DNA from: an uncultured Chloroflexia bacterium
GTDB taxonomy: Bacteria; Chloroflexota; Limnocylindria; Limnocylindrales; CSP1-4
Reading direction: 5' to 3'
Assembly (NCBI GenBank): GCA_963833225.1
Contig: CAWHXD010000017.1
Coordinates: forward strand, 64,001-128,000
DNA length: 64,000 nucleotides
Under the pieces are notes generated by a model, which searched no databases, was not told the DNA's origin, and was given only the letters and a program-made list of their open reading frames with translations. The translations under genes and the position numbers were made by a program. Every line of letters starts with the position of its first letter. Within the stretch, counting starts at the first letter, position 1. This document shows, piece by piece, positions 34,109-43,219 of the stretch.

Positions 34109-35281
34109 TCAGCGCCCGGTGGTGGGCGCGAGCAGGCCGACCGATTGGCCCGAGCCCTTGTCGATCGCTCGCGCGAAGTCGAGCAGTGACCGGCCCAGCA
34201 CGGAGTCGCCCTTCGAGATCATGAACGGGGCACCGGTGTTGAGCGCCGAGATCGCGCCCCTGTACTCGTTCACCACCTGGAACTCGATCGGCCGCCGCAG
34301 GGCGCCCTCCGCGCTCTTCACGCTGATCCCGGTGTAGGCGTTCGACCGGTTGAGGACCAGCTTGAGCTTGCTCTGCTCATAGCCCAGGTGCCCAATGGTC
34401 TCGAGCAGCAGGCGGACGTTCTTGAGGCACGACAGGTCCGCCGTCATGACGGCGAAGATCGTGTCGGCGACGTCGAGCACCATCAGGTTCCGGTCCTCGA
34501 GCCGCTTGTCGATATCGACCACGACGTAGTCGTACATGCCGGACAGCAGGTCGAGGATCTGGCTCAGGTGCGCGGCGGTCACGAGGTCGGCGGCCTCGGG
34601 TGACGGCGGCGCCAGCAGCAGGTCGATGCCCGAGTCGTGCTTCACCACGATCGACTTCACGAGGTCGGCATCCATGGACGGGGCGCTCACCAGGTCCACG
34701 ACGCTCTTCCGATCCTGACCGAGGTCCAGGAACACCCGGTGGTCGCCAAACTGGAGGTTGCCGTCCACGAGGCAGACGCGGCGGCCGAGACCGTGCAGCG
34801 CGATGGCCGCGTTGATCGCGATGGTCGTCGTGCCCACGCCACCCTTGGCGCCGTAGTAGGCGTGGATGAGGCCCAGGGGTGGCCGGCCGACCAGCGACTC
34901 GCTGGGCGCGAACCGCGCGATCAGGCTCTTCATCCTGGCGATCAGCTCGGCCGGGTGGAACGGCTTGATCAGGTAGTCGTCGGCTCCCGCCCGGAGTGCC
35001 CGGACCTTGCCCTGCACGTCGCGGTCGGCGGTGAGCATGATGATCGGGACGTGTCGGGCGCCACCCTCCTCCGCCCGGATGCGCGTGGCGACCTCGTAGC
35101 CGTCCATCTGCCGCACGGTGACATCGACCAGCACCAGCGAGGGTGCCTCCTGCTGCCAGCGATGGAACCCGTCAGCGCCGTCGGAGGCGACGATGACCTC
35201 GTACCCCTCCTGCTGCAGCGTGAACTGAAGGAGTCGCTGAACGCTGGCGTCGTCATCGACGACGAGGACCTTTCCTGCCAC
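34109..35281 (-). CDS. Receiver domain plus CpaE/TadZ-like MinD-type ATPase
   Basis: REC domain (VLVVDDD, LVDV, MLTA, IKPF), then GAKGGVGTTT, DGNLQFGD, LLLAP, YDYVVVD and LVLNR. Confidence 0.88.
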   Translation of the reverse strand: MAGKVLVVDDDASVQRLLQFTLQQEGYEVIVASDGADGFHRWQQEAPSLVLVDVTVRQMDGYEVATRIRAEEGGARHVPIIMLTADRDVQGKVRALRAGADDYLIKPFHPAELIARMKSLIARFAPSESLVGRPPLGLIHAYYGAKGGVGTTTIAINAAIALHGLGRRVCLVDGNLQFGDHRVFLDLGQDRKSVVDLVSAPSMDADLVKSIVVKHDSGIDLLLAPPSPEAADLVTAAHLSQILDLLSGMYDYVVVDIDKRLEDRNLMVLDVADTIFAVMTADLSCLKNVRLLLETIGHLGYEQSKLKLVLNRSNAYTGISVKSAEGALRRPIEFQVVNEYRGAISALNTGAPFMISKGDSVLGRSLLDFARAIDKGSGQSVGLLAPTTGR

Positions 35282-35375
35282 ACGCTCTCCCGTCACGGAA
35301 CCACCGCATCCCGGATGGGCCCGGGCTCCCCGCGGAGTCTTGGGTGCAGTATACGGGCGACGGGGCCCGTGTCCG

Positions 35376-36353
35376 CTAGTCGCGGGCCGAGCGGAAGGCC
35401 TCGCGCAGCAGCCCGGTGACCGCCATCTCGTAGCCGTCGGGATCGACGGCGTGGCCCAGCCCGTGGCCGGCACCGGCGATCACCACCTGCCGAGCGCCCT
35501 CCGGCGACGCCTCCGCGAGCCGTCTCGCGTCCCTGGGCCGGACCGTCGCGTCCCGGTCCCCGTGGACGAGGAGCAGGGGCACGTCCTCGAGCAGGCCGAC
35601 GACGCTGACCGGCTGGGTGAGACGCGGATCCCCACCCGCCAGCACGGCCAGGCGGTTCCACGCGTGACCCGCGATCCGGCGACCGAACGGGACGCGGAGC
35701 CGGTTGGCGACGACCGTCGCGAGGTCCGGTGGCACCGAGTCCGCGACGACCGCGACGAGCCGCGGCCTCGGCGCATCGACGTCGGCCGCCGGCGCATCCG
35801 GATCAAGGTCGGCGGCCGTGAGGCGCCCGTCGCCGAGGACGGCGACGGCCGCGATGGCGACGATCCCGCCCATCGACGAGCCGACGAGCGCCACCCGCCG
35901 GATCCCGCGCTCGCCCATCCAGGTGAGCGCCCCGGCGACGTCCTCGACCTCGTTGAGCCCGAACGTCGTCGGCGCCTCGTCGGAACCGCCGTGACCCCGG
36001 AAGTCGAGGCCGAGGACACCCGCCGTCCGCCGCAGGAATGGGCCCAGGTCGACGAGGTCCGTGGTGGCCGAGCCGCTCCAGCCGTGGAGCAGCAGCACGG
36101 CCTCGCGCGGGTCATGGTCCCAGCCCGCGTCCGGCTCGGCCGCGAGCCAGCGGCCGGTCAGCCGCAACCCGTCGCGCGACCGGAGCCGGACGACCTCGCC
36201 ACCGAGTCCGTCGAGCGCGGCGGCCATGCCCGCCTCCTCCGGCGCCCGCCGGGGGGCATCCATCAGCTGGCGGGCGAAGCGGTCGATCACGGGCCCGACC
36301 GCGAGCAGCGCGATGACGGGCGCCGTCGCGACCAGCAGGATCCGCCGGATCAC
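35376..36353 (-). CDS. Alpha/beta hydrolase with N-terminal membrane anchor
   Basis: LLHG, DFRGHGGS, nucleophile GSSMGG, HGDRD and GAGH. Confidence 0.88.
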   Translation of the reverse strand: MIRRILLVATAPVIALLAVGPVIDRFARQLMDAPRRAPEEAGMAAALDGLGGEVVRLRSRDGLRLTGRWLAAEPDAGWDHDPREAVLLLHGWSGSATTDLVDLGPFLRRTAGVLGLDFRGHGGSDEAPTTFGLNEVEDVAGALTWMGERGIRRVALVGSSMGGIVAIAAVAVLGDGRLTAADLDPDAPAADVDAPRPRLVAVVADSVPPDLATVVANRLRVPFGRRIAGHAWNRLAVLAGGDPRLTQPVSVVGLLEDVPLLLVHGDRDATVRPRDARRLAEASPEGARQVVIAGAGHGLGHAVDPDGYEMAVTGLLREAFRSARD

Positions 36354-37255
36354 CGTGCGGCGGTTTCGCCGGTCGTGGCGGCGGCCATGCCGCGCTCCAC
36401 GTATCCCCCGACCTGGTCGGCGAGGCGCGAGAACTCGGTCGGGATCACGAACTTGGTCGACGGGCTGGCTCCCAGCGCTTTGAGGGCCTCGAGGTACTGG
36501 AGGGCCATGGTCTTCTCATCGATCAGCCGCGCCGCCGAGAAGATCCGCTCCAGCGCCTGGCTGAATCCCTCCGCCCGGAGGATCGCCGCCTGGCGCTCGC
36601 CCTCGGCCTTGAGGATCTCGGACTGCTTCTGGCCCTCGGCCACGTTGATGGCCGCCTGCCGGTTGCCCTCGGACTCGGTGATCACGGCGCGCCGCGTCCG
36701 CTCGGCGGACAGCTGCCGGTTCATCGCGTCCTGGACGTCCCGCGGGGGGGTGATCTCGCGGATCTCGACCGTGGTCACCTTGCCGCCCCAGCGCTCGGTG
36801 ATCTCGTCGAGCTTGACCCGCAGGACCTCGTTGATCTGTTCCCGCTTGGACAGCACCTCGTCGAGGCTGATGTCGCCGATGACGGCGCGCAGCGTGGTCG
36901 AGGCGACCCCGAGGAGCATCGCGTCGAGGCGCTGCGGCGCGAGGACGCTCTTGAGCGGATCCGCGATGCGCCAGTAGACCAGGAAGTCGACGTTGATCGG
37001 CGCGTTGTCCTTGGTGATGGTGGTCTGGCTGGGCACCTCGGTGAGGGTCTCGCGAAGGTCGACCTTGACGGGCCGGTCCACGACCGGCACCAGGAACCGG
37101 AGCCCGGGGTCACGGACCATCTGCTCGTTGGTCCGGCCCAGCCGGAACACGACCATCCGCTCGTACTGCTGGACCACCCGGACCGAGAGGTACAGGAGCA
37201 CCAGCGCCACGACGGCGAGGAACACGACTGTGGCGAGCACGATCGCCGCTTCCAT
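36350..37255 (-). CDS. SPFH/band 7 stomatin-like protein (QmcA-like)
   Basis: N-terminal TM, QYER.VVFRLG, ITKDNA, TTLRAVIG and AER.RRA.I..SEG.RQA.I..AEG. Confidence 0.93.
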   Translation of the reverse strand: MEAAIVLATVVFLAVVALVLLYLSVRVVQQYERMVVFRLGRTNEQMVRDPGLRFLVPVVDRPVKVDLRETLTEVPSQTTITKDNAPINVDFLVYWRIADPLKSVLAPQRLDAMLLGVASTTLRAVIGDISLDEVLSKREQINEVLRVKLDEITERWGGKVTTVEIREITPPRDVQDAMNRQLSAERTRRAVITESEGNRQAAINVAEGQKQSEILKAEGERQAAILRAEGFSQALERIFSAARLIDEKTMALQYLEALKALGASPSTKFVIPTEFSRLADQVGGYVERGMAAATTGETAAR

Positions 37256-37271
37256 AGGAGATCCTCCGGGT

Positions 37272-38678
37272 TCAGGGTCGCTCGGCGGCCGGGGTGGCCG
37301 CCGACGGATTGCTGGTCGGTGGGTGTCTGGCGGCGTCGTCCTCGACGGGCTCCACGAGGGCCGTCAGCCCATCGAACCCCACCAGGCGGATGATGGCGTC
37401 ACGCGGGACGATGCGCTCGTCCGGGGTGCGCGCGGTCCACGTCTCGCCGGCGAGGTGGACGGTGCCGACGGGCGCCAGCGGGGCCTGGACCACGCCGGCG
37501 ACCCCGGGGGCGACCGGCCGGCCGAGCTGGTCGGTTGGCCCGCGCATCCTGCGGGTCCGGATGGCCGCGATGGTGACGATCGCCATCAGCCCGCCGAGGG
37601 TCACGGTGCTGAGCACGAGCAGCACGGGCGCGACGGCGACCACGGGCTGTCCCGGTGAGAGCGGAGCGGTGTACAGCGCCGACCCGCCAAGGACGAAGCA
37701 GACGAGACCCCCGGCCGTCAGCAGGCCGTGACTCACGATCTGCGTCTCGAGCACGAACAGCACGAAGCCAAACCCCAGGAGGATGAGCCCGGCCAGGTTG
37801 AGCGGCAGGCTCCCGAACCCGACGAACGCGAGGATCAGGGCGAGCGTGCCCAGGACACCCGTCAGCATGTTCGGGCTGATCAGCTCGGTCGCCAGGCCCA
37901 GCGCCCCGAGGACGAACAGGAGGAAGGCGATGTTCGGATCGGACAGCAGGTGCAGGAACCCGAGCACCGGGTTCATCGACCCGTCCTCGACGGTTGCGCC
38001 GGCGAGGTGGAGGATCACGCCATCCGCGCCGCTCACGGACACTGTCCGGCCGTCCGCATCGCGGAGCACGTCATCGAGGGTCGCCGCAAGGCCATCCACG
38101 GCTCCCACGTCGACCGCCTCGCTGGCCGTGTACGACCTGGCGTCCCGCACCGTCGACACCGCCCAGGCGACCGGCCGGCCGCGGGCCTCCGCCAGCGCCG
38201 CGATCGAGGCGATCGCGTCCTCCCTGACCTTGATCCCCATCGTGCCCTGGATGTCCTCGCCCGAGGAGCCCACGGGTGCGGCGGCACCGATGTTGGTCGC
38301 GGGCGCCATGTAGGCGAGGTTGGCGGCGAGCGTGATGAACGTGCCCGCGCTGGCCGCGCGCGCGCCGGACGGCGCCACCCACGCGATGACCGGGACCGGC
38401 GCCGCGAGGAATGCCTGCTTGATCTCGTCCATGGCGGCCAGGCTGCCACCCGGCGTGTCCAGCTTGACCACCACGGCCGACACCCCGCTCGCCGCGGCGC
38501 CCGCGATCCCCTCCCGGAGGTACCCGGCCATGGCGCCGTCCACGACGCCGGTCGCGTTGAGCACCAGCACCCGTGGCCCCCCGTCAGCGCGCGCCACGCC
38601 CGCGAGCGACAGCAGCAGCAGGCCCAAAAGGACGGCGAGGCGGGCGACCCGGTGGTGGACGTGCGGCTGACCGGTCAT
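37272..38678 (-). CDS. Long-form NfeD membrane-bound serine protease (ClpP-like domain, TM bundle, OB fold)
   Basis: LDTPGG, ARAASAG, MAPATNIGAAAP, several TM helices and a C-terminal G.V...GETW.AR. Confidence 0.92.
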   Translation of the reverse strand: MTGQPHVHHRVARLAVLLGLLLLSLAGVARADGGPRVLVLNATGVVDGAMAGYLREGIAGAAASGVSAVVVKLDTPGGSLAAMDEIKQAFLAAPVPVIAWVAPSGARAASAGTFITLAANLAYMAPATNIGAAAPVGSSGEDIQGTMGIKVREDAIASIAALAEARGRPVAWAVSTVRDARSYTASEAVDVGAVDGLAATLDDVLRDADGRTVSVSGADGVILHLAGATVEDGSMNPVLGFLHLLSDPNIAFLLFVLGALGLATELISPNMLTGVLGTLALILAFVGFGSLPLNLAGLILLGFGFVLFVLETQIVSHGLLTAGGLVCFVLGGSALYTAPLSPGQPVVAVAPVLLVLSTVTLGGLMAIVTIAAIRTRRMRGPTDQLGRPVAPGVAGVVQAPLAPVGTVHLAGETWTARTPDERIVPRDAIIRLVGFDGLTALVEPVEDDAARHPPTSNPSAATPAAERP

Positions 38679-38745
38679 GGCATTGGCACGCAGTATCTCA
38701 CCGCCTCACCCGCAGGTCCCGTGCCGCATCGCCCGACCGCGAGGG

Positions 38746-39324
38746 TCACCCGGCCAGCGCGTCGAAGGCGAGCCGGCTCCACGTCTCCATCTGCTCGCGG
38801 ACCGCCATCACCGACGGCGTCGTGGCGAACGACCCTTCGAGCTTGTCGGTCTCGCGGATCGAGACCGGCCGCCCGCCGGCGTCCGCCACGTAGACGAAGC
38901 CCACATGGACCGCGCCAACCGGCGTGGAGTCGTCGTTGAGGAGCCCGACCGGCGAGTAGTCCGGCTCGAAGTCCGCGATCAGCTCCTCGGCCCACTCGCG
39001 CGCCAGGCCGCCGGGCACGTCACCGTCGCCCGGGTTGAGGTGCCCGCCCACGCCGATCGACCATCGATCGTGAAGCCGGGCATCGCCGCCGGCACGGGTC
39101 CGGCGCATGAGGAACCAGCGCTCGCCGTCACGGAGGACGAGATACGGGATGACCTGCTTGAGGGCGGGGTCATCTTCTGCGTCGGCGCGGCGCACGAAGA
39201 ACCCGTCCCGGGCGACGATGTCGAGCGCGTCGCCCAGATCCCCGGGTCGAACGCCAAGCCAGCCCTCCCCGGGCACCAGCGCCGCTCGCGGGACAACCAG
39301 GACCTGCTCGTCCGGGTCACCCAT
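38746..39324 (-). CDS. Predicted NUDIX-family phosphoesterase (COG4112-like)
   Basis: RADAEDDP..KQVIPY, SIGVGGHLN, GLAREWAEEL, VGAVHVG and METWS. ATG overlaps the upstream stop. Confidence 0.82.
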   Translation of the reverse strand: MGDPDEQVLVVPRAALVPGEGWLGVRPGDLGDALDIVARDGFFVRRADAEDDPALKQVIPYLVLRDGERWFLMRRTRAGGDARLHDRWSIGVGGHLNPGDGDVPGGLAREWAEELIADFEPDYSPVGLLNDDSTPVGAVHVGFVYVADAGGRPVSIRETDKLEGSFATTPSVMAVREQMETWSRLAFDALAG

Positions 39325-40196
39325 CAGCCGCCGCCCTCCAGGCGAGCCTTCACGGCCGCGAGGCGAGCTGCCATGGCGGCCTCGTCCGGGCCGTCCGGCG
39401 CCTCGAGCAGCGCGATCCACTCGTCGACGCGGGCCCGGTGGCGCCGCAGCACCTCGATGATCGCCGCAGCGTTGGTGGCGGCGATCTCCGCCCCCATCGT
39501 CGGCTCGCCCCTGGCCAGCCGGGTGATATCGCGCCAGCCCGACGCCGAGAGCGCCGCGGCGGCCGGCCACTGGGCCTCGGGGGTGCCGGGCGACCCAGTG
39601 ACGGCCTCGGCAAGCGCCACCGACGCCAGCAGCGGGGCGTGGCTGATCGCGGCCACGAGCCGATCGTGGCGTTCGGCGTCGAGGTCGATCGGGACAGCGC
39701 GACAGGCCAGGGCCAGGGCTCGCACGACCTCCGGATCTCCGCCCCCGACGGCCTCGGTGATCACCCACGGCCGGCCCGCGAACAGGGCATCGTCCGCCTC
39801 CTGGAACCCGCTCGTCTCGCGGCCCGCCATCGGGTGCCCGCCGACATACGGGATCCCGAGATCCCGTGCGGCCCGGGTCAGTTCCGCCTTGGTCGACGCC
39901 ACATCGGTCACGGTCGCGCCGGCCGGCAGCCTGTCGCGGAGATCGCCGCCGAGGCGCGCGATCAGGGCCAGGCAGGCGACAGGCGGTGCCGCCAGCACCA
40001 CGAGGTCAGCCCCCTCGATCGCGCTCGCAGCGTCGCCGGCCGCCACGCCGATCACGCCCGCGGCCAGCGCGTTTCGCGGTCCGTTCCCGGATGGCGTCCA
40101 GGCCACGATGTGGGTCCCGGCATGCCCGGCGGCGCCACGCACCGCACGCGCGACCGACCCGCCGATCAGCCCGAGACCCAGGAAGGTGATGCGCAC
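39324..40196 (-). CDS. tyrA: Prephenate/arogenate dehydrogenase
   Basis: GLGLIGGS Rossmann motif, TDVASTK, GGHPMAGRE.SG, HD..VA.ISH.P and GWRDITRLA. Confidence 0.92.
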   Translation of the reverse strand: MRITFLGLGLIGGSVARAVRGAAGHAGTHIVAWTPSGNGPRNALAAGVIGVAAGDAASAIEGADLVVLAAPPVACLALIARLGGDLRDRLPAGATVTDVASTKAELTRAARDLGIPYVGGHPMAGRETSGFQEADDALFAGRPWVITEAVGGGDPEVVRALALACRAVPIDLDAERHDRLVAAISHAPLLASVALAEAVTGSPGTPEAQWPAAAALSASGWRDITRLARGEPTMGAEIAATNAAAIIEVLRRHRARVDEWIALLEAPDGPDEAAMAARLAAVKARLEGGG

Positions 40197-40261
40197 GCCT
40201 CGATTATGGGCGAGCGAGCGGGTACCGCGCCGCTCCGTGCGGCTCGGCACGCATCACCAGG

Positions 40262-40528
40262 CTAGCGCGCGGACCAGCCGCGGCCGTCGCCGCTCCGCCG
40301 GCGGTCGGTCCGGCGGTCGCCCCGCCGCCGCTCGGCGAGGTGTGCCGGGGGACCCGGATCGCCGGGCGGGTTGACGCGGCGGCTCGCCTGGCGACGGTCG
40401 ACCTCCCGCCGCTCGCGGTCCATCGGGGCACCGCATCGCGGGCACCGCCGCTCCTCCAGGAACAGCGAGTCGATGGCGGCGGCGGTGTAGACCTGGCGCC
40501 CGCAGGCGCGACAGGCGAGCTTCGGCAA
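40262..40528 (-). CDS. Small zinc-ribbon protein with ERR/DRR arginine repeats
   Basis: Strong SD GGAGGAG 5 nt before the TTG start. CRAC and CPRC pairs. Tail RERREVDRRQASRR...AERRRGDRRTDRRRSGD. Confidence 0.72.
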   Translation of the reverse strand: MPKLACRACGRQVYTAAAIDSLFLEERRCPRCGAPMDRERREVDRRQASRRVNPPGDPGPPAHLAERRRGDRRTDRRRSGDGRGWSAR

Positions 40529-40609
40529 GGCAGCTCCTCCCCGCGTAGCCCGTCTGCAGGCCGGACGGGTCGCGACTCTGCCAAGCGTACGCGACGCCGG
40601 TCGGGCGGG

Positions 40610-41983
40610 TCAGCCGACCTGCGGCAGCTCGGCCAGCGCGGCGCGGACCGCCTCGGCCGGGTACTCGTAGTCCTCGAGCGCACCCTGGAGGTACCGCTCG
40701 TAGCTCGACAGGTCGAAGTGGCCATGGCCGGACAGGTTGAACAGGATCACGCGGGGTTCGCCGCGCTCCTTCGCGTCAAGCGCCTCGTCCACCGCGACCT
40801 TGATCGCGTGGTTGCTCTCGGGCGCCGGCAGGATCCCTTCGGCGCGGGCGAACTGCACGCCGGCCTCGAACGCCGCCCGCTGGTGGACGCTGCGGGCGTC
40901 GATCACACCCTCGTCCTTGAGCAGCGAAACCAGCGGCGACATGCCGTGGTAGCGGAGCCCGCCGGCATGGATGGGCTCCGGGATGAAGCCCGAGCCAAGG
41001 GTGTGCATCTTGACGATCGGGGCCATGTGGCCGGTGTCGCCGAAGTCATAGGCGTAGACACCGCGCGTCAGCGACGGCGCGGCCTCTGGCTCGGCAGCGA
41101 TGACCCGGTAGGTCGCCTCGCCGCGGAGCTTGCGCCCAACGAACGGGAAGGTGAGGCCAGCGAAGTTCGACCCGCCGCCGGCGCAGGCGATGATCACGTC
41201 GGGGTCCTCCCCGGCGAGCGCCATCTGCTCCATCGCCTCAAGGCCGATCACCGTCTGGTGGAGGGCCACGTGGTTCAGCACGGAACCCAGCGAGTACTTC
41301 GTGTCGTCGCGCGTTGCGGCATCCTCGACCGCCTCGCTGATGGCCATGCCCAGGGAGCCCGGTGAATCCGGCGTCATGGCCAAGACCCCGCGGCCGTAGT
41401 TCGTATCCGGGCTGGGGCTGGGCACGACCGACGCTCCGTAGGCGTGCATCAGCATCCGGCGGTACGGCTTCTGGTCGTAGCTCGCCCGCACCATGTACAC
41501 CTTGACCTCGAGGCCGAACACCGCCCCGGCAAAGGCGAGCGCGCTGCCCCACTGGCCCGCGCCCGTCTCGGTCGCCAGGCGCGTGACCCCGGCCTCCTTG
41601 TTGTAGAACGCCTGGGCGAGCGCCGTGTTGGGCTTGTGCGAGCCGGCCGGGCTGACCCCCTCGTACTTGAAGTAGATATGGGCGGGCGTGTCGAGCACCT
41701 GCTCCAGGCGATGGGCCCGGATCAGCGGCGACGGCCGGTACAGCTGGTACGCCTCGCGGACCGGATCCGGGATCTCGACCTCGCGGTCCTGGCTGACCTC
41801 CTGGAGGATGAGCGCCATCGGGAACAGCGGCTCCAGGTCCGCCGGCCCAAGCGGCTGGCCGGTACCGGGGTGAAGCGGCGGCGGCAGGGGAACCGGCAAG
41901 TCGGCCGCGATGTTGTACCAGGCCCGCGGGATCCGATCCTCGTCGAGCACGAACTTGGTGCGGCGGGGAAGGGCGGTGGCCAT
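40610..41983 (-). CDS. trpB2: TrpB2-type tryptophan synthase beta-like PLP enzyme
   Basis: [51 protein letters not shown] and LSGHG. SD aggagg before ATG 41983. Confidence 0.95.
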   Translation of the reverse strand: MATALPRRTKFVLDEDRIPRAWYNIAADLPVPLPPPLHPGTGQPLGPADLEPLFPMALILQEVSQDREVEIPDPVREAYQLYRPSPLIRAHRLEQVLDTPAHIYFKYEGVSPAGSHKPNTALAQAFYNKEAGVTRLATETGAGQWGSALAFAGAVFGLEVKVYMVRASYDQKPYRRMLMHAYGASVVPSPSPDTNYGRGVLAMTPDSPGSLGMAISEAVEDAATRDDTKYSLGSVLNHVALHQTVIGLEAMEQMALAGEDPDVIIACAGGGSNFAGLTFPFVGRKLRGEATYRVIAAEPEAAPSLTRGVYAYDFGDTGHMAPIVKMHTLGSGFIPEPIHAGGLRYHGMSPLVSLLKDEGVIDARSVHQRAAFEAGVQFARAEGILPAPESNHAIKVAVDEALDAKERGEPRVILFNLSGHGHFDLSSYERYLQGALEDYEYPAEAVRAALAELPQVG

Positions 41984-42073
41984 GGCGGTGCGGACCTCCT
42001 GGACGGATGGGTGAGCGGGCACGGAGAGCGTAGCGGGTCGCCGTCGCCCGAAGCAAACACTGTCCACGCCGGT

Positions 42074-42667
42074 CTACGCCGGCAGCCGGACCTCCACGAG
42101 CTCCTCGTAGCGCGGCGGCCCCCCGCCGAGGTGACTGCGGTACAGGATCACGCGTTCCGCCGTGAACGAGGTTCGCCAGCCGGCGACGGCCCGCTCCAGC
42201 TCTGCCGCCACGGCCCCCCCGTCGGAGATGGATGCGGAATCGAGGCGTGCCACCGTGAGATGGGGCCGGTACGGGCGCCCGTCGCGCGGCCAGCCCAGCG
42301 CCTCGAGGCTGGGGTCCACGGCCGCAGCCAGCGCACCCAGCGCCGCCGCCCCCTGCGCGATGCCCAGCCACAGCGCCCGGGGCTTGCGCAGGCCAGGGAA
42401 CACGCCCGAGCCCTCGAGCCTGACCTCGAAGGCCCGGACCCCGCTCCGCTGGACCGCGTCGTGGACCGTGAGCGCCACGTCCGGCACGAGGTCCGGCGGC
42501 GTGTCGCCGAGGAAGCGAACCGTGAGGTGGAGGTGCTCAAGGTGCACCCAGCGCGGCACCGCCCCCAGCGGACCCGCACGAACCCCGTCGATCAGCGCGT
42601 TGCACGCGGCCAGCGGCTCGGGCGGCAGCGGGACCGCCACGAACAGCCGGTGCGGCCTGTCAGTCAC
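42074..42667 (-). CDS. thpR: RNA 2',3'-cyclic phosphodiesterase (2H family)
   Basis: RLFVAV, two HxT motifs (HLHLTVRFLG, PHLTVAR) and LYRS.L...GPPRY. Confidence 0.9.
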   Translation of the reverse strand: MTDRPHRLFVAVPLPPEPLAACNALIDGVRAGPLGAVPRWVHLEHLHLTVRFLGDTPPDLVPDVALTVHDAVQRSGVRAFEVRLEGSGVFPGLRKPRALWLGIAQGAAALGALAAAVDPSLEALGWPRDGRPYRPHLTVARLDSASISDGGAVAAELERAVAGWRTSFTAERVILYRSHLGGGPPRYEELVEVRLPA

Positions 42668-43178
42668 CCACTTCGCGGCGATACCGCTCACGATCGGCCC
42701 CGAGCACCTCGAGCGCGCGCTCCCGGTTGCGCCAGCCAAGCACGTCGACGTCCTTCTCCTCGAGCAGCTTGTAGGTGTTGAAGAAGTGCTCGATCTCGAC
42801 CAGGCGGTGCGGCCGCATCTGCTCCAGGCGCTCGATGTGCTGCTGGTGGGGATCCCCGATCGCGACGCACAGGGTCTTGAAGTCGAAACCCTTCTCGTCG
42901 CGCATCTCGAGGCCGCCGATCGGCCTTGCCCAGACGTGGCAGCCGGTGAACGTGGGCTCGTCGATGATCAGCAGCGCGTCGGTGTGATCGCCGTCATCGG
43001 CGCGCGTGCCCTCGATGAAGCCGTAGTCGAAGTTGTAGAACACGGCCGACGAGAGCACCCGGTCGAGTCGGAAGACGTGCGCCTGCTCGTCGTACTCGTA
43101 CTTGTTCCGCGATCCCCGCGGGATCTCCACGACGATCTCGACAACACCCGGGAAGCTGGCGGCATGGCGGTTGGTCAT
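42660..43178 (-). CDS. ppa: Family I inorganic pyrophosphatase
   Basis: VEIPRGSRNKYEYD, LDR, YGFI, DGDHTD, MRDEKG.D.K and FFNTYK.LE. Confidence 0.93.
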   Translation of the reverse strand: MTNRHAASFPGVVEIVVEIPRGSRNKYEYDEQAHVFRLDRVLSSAVFYNFDYGFIEGTRADDGDHTDALLIIDEPTFTGCHVWARPIGGLEMRDEKGFDFKTLCVAIGDPHQQHIERLEQMRPHRLVEIEHFFNTYKLLEEKDVDVLGWRNRERALEVLGADRERYRREVGD

Positions 43179-43219
43179 GGCGCGAACTCTACGCCGGCGG
43201 GGTCCGCGGCGAGCGGACC

